This document shows, in pieces, positions 23,464 through 24,000 of a DNA stretch of 24,000 nucleotides. A program made the translations under genes and the position numbers. Under the pieces are notes generated by a model. The model was not told the origin of the DNA, did not search any database, and was given only the letters and a program-made list of their open reading frames with translations. Source of the DNA: Spirochaetaceae bacterium (lineage in GTDB: Bacteria > Spirochaetota > Spirochaetia > Treponematales > Rectinemataceae); NCBI GenBank assembly GCA_025355995.1, contig JANXYQ010000099.1, positions 1-24,000 on the forward strand, given 5' to 3'. Within the stretch, counting starts at the first letter, position 1. Each line of letters opens with the position of its first letter.

Positions 23464-24000
23464 AATTGCCTCTCGGCCTGGTCGAGCTGTCCATAGCGGG
23501 CGTAGAGGACGCCGAGCTTGTTCATCGTCTTCGAGCTGCCGCTCTGCTTGGCGAGGGCTGCCTTCAGGTCCGCCACCCTCGGCCCGATCTCGCGGTCGAC
23601 GAAGCCGGAGACCTCGTCCTTGTAGCGCGAGACTACGGCGGATTCAGCCGGTTGCGAAATGGCCGCGGGAGTCCCGGGCAGGCCCACGGGCTCGAAGGCC
23701 TTCCACGCGTCGGCGAGGGGGTAGAAGTTGGCCTGGCCCTTGGCGTCGTTCTCGCGCCACTCCTGGGCGGCGGTCGCCCAGGCATCGAGGAAGCTCGCCC
23801 TCGTTTGGGTGATCTCCACGGGGACCCAGGCCCTTCCCGCCTTGAAGATCAGATCCTCCGGATGAAGGAAGCTCTTGCGCGCGTCCGAATCCTCCGTCTC
23901 CAGGGCGAAGGCCATGTAGATGTGGCCGGGCACGGTGATGAAGGCGGTGTCCACGTTGAGCGACTCCAGCAAGGCGCAGTACAGTATGGAAAGGTCGTCG
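23244..24000 (-). CDS. paralogue of the 714-aa TGase-like/TPR gene; 5' end lies outside the window and the 3' end is truncated or chimeric
   Basis: Reads ...DDLSILYCALLESLNVDTAFITVPGHIYMAFAL...WVPVEIT...LGVLYARYGQLDQAERQF...LINLGNLANLRGD. It is collinear with residues 426-629 of the 714-aa protein at about 50% identity by eye. After LRGD (23388) the ORF runs 48 more codons through the antisense of rnfC. Confidence 0.7.
   Translation of the reverse strand, partial: DDLSILYCALLESLNVDTAFITVPGHIYMAFALETEDSDARKSFLHPEDLIFKAGRAWVPVEITQTRASFLDAWATAAQEWRENDAKGQANFYPLADAWKAFEPVGLPGTPAAISQPAESAVVSRYKDEVSGFVDREIGPRVADLKAALAKQSGSSKTMNKLGVLYARYGQLDQAERQFQAIVAKEEYLPALINLGNLANLRGDSAGGESFTCVGKAAPPMPTMPASLMAATMAAGDRVRQSRAWSWPGSH
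23388..24000 (-). repeat. dispersed direct paralogous repeat of 20418-21030 (offset 2970 nt)
   Basis: Identical 24-mer cagggcgaaggccatgtagatgtg at 20931-20954 and 23901-23924. Identical 15-mer ggtgatgaaggcggt nearby. The offset is the same at both ends of the aligned block. Confidence 0.8.

Noticed and set aside
1-24000. CRISPR arrays, tRNA or rRNA genes, IS elements, integrases or att-like direct repeats bounding the low-GC locus.
   Set aside because: I found no regularly spaced short repeats, no cloverleaf-like sequences and no transposase or recombinase motifs in any listed ORF. Acquisition of the island is therefore inferred from composition only.

Overview
High-GC window (about 65-78% GC in hand-counted 60-nt lines of the flanks), apparently from a diderm bacterium. 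The left 11 kb is ordinary, tightly packed DNA. It carries ugpB (-), a GPH/MFS symporter with an apparent frameshift, a DUF5122-type beta-propeller lipoprotein and a DUF2271-like lipoprotein. A plus-strand string follows: OmpR-type response regulator, histidine kinase, creD, ddl and a SAM methyltransferase, mostly joined by 4-nt overlaps. A DUF2007-like gene and a YfcE-type phosphoesterase complete the left part. The stand-out is 11271-22304 on the minus strand. Nine genes are translationally coupled there (junctions of -4 to +29 nt) and much of the locus has a far lower GC3. In order they encode an OM-beta-barrel/transglutaminase-like/TPR protein (714 aa), a beta-helix lipoprotein (774 aa) and a signal-less 1113-aa vWA/MIDAS protein with Ig-like domains. 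Six small proteins follow: two coiled-coil membrane or secreted proteins, a 3-TM protein, a cytoplasmic papain-like Cys-His-Asp protein, a 2-TM protein and a secreted beta-sandwich protein. I saw no ATPase, integrase, transposase or phage structural gene, and I cannot assign the locus to a described system. I flag it as the candidate novel envelope/export/surface-assembly system. The right edge has an AT-rich divergent promoter region and an RseC-like ORF with a probable frameshift. An RnfC N-terminal fragment then stops abruptly at a 10-bp palindrome, where it meets, tail to tail, a 3'-truncated paralogue of the 714-aa gene. No rRNA, tRNA or CRISPR was recognised. All family assignments rest on motif recognition by eye, not database searches.
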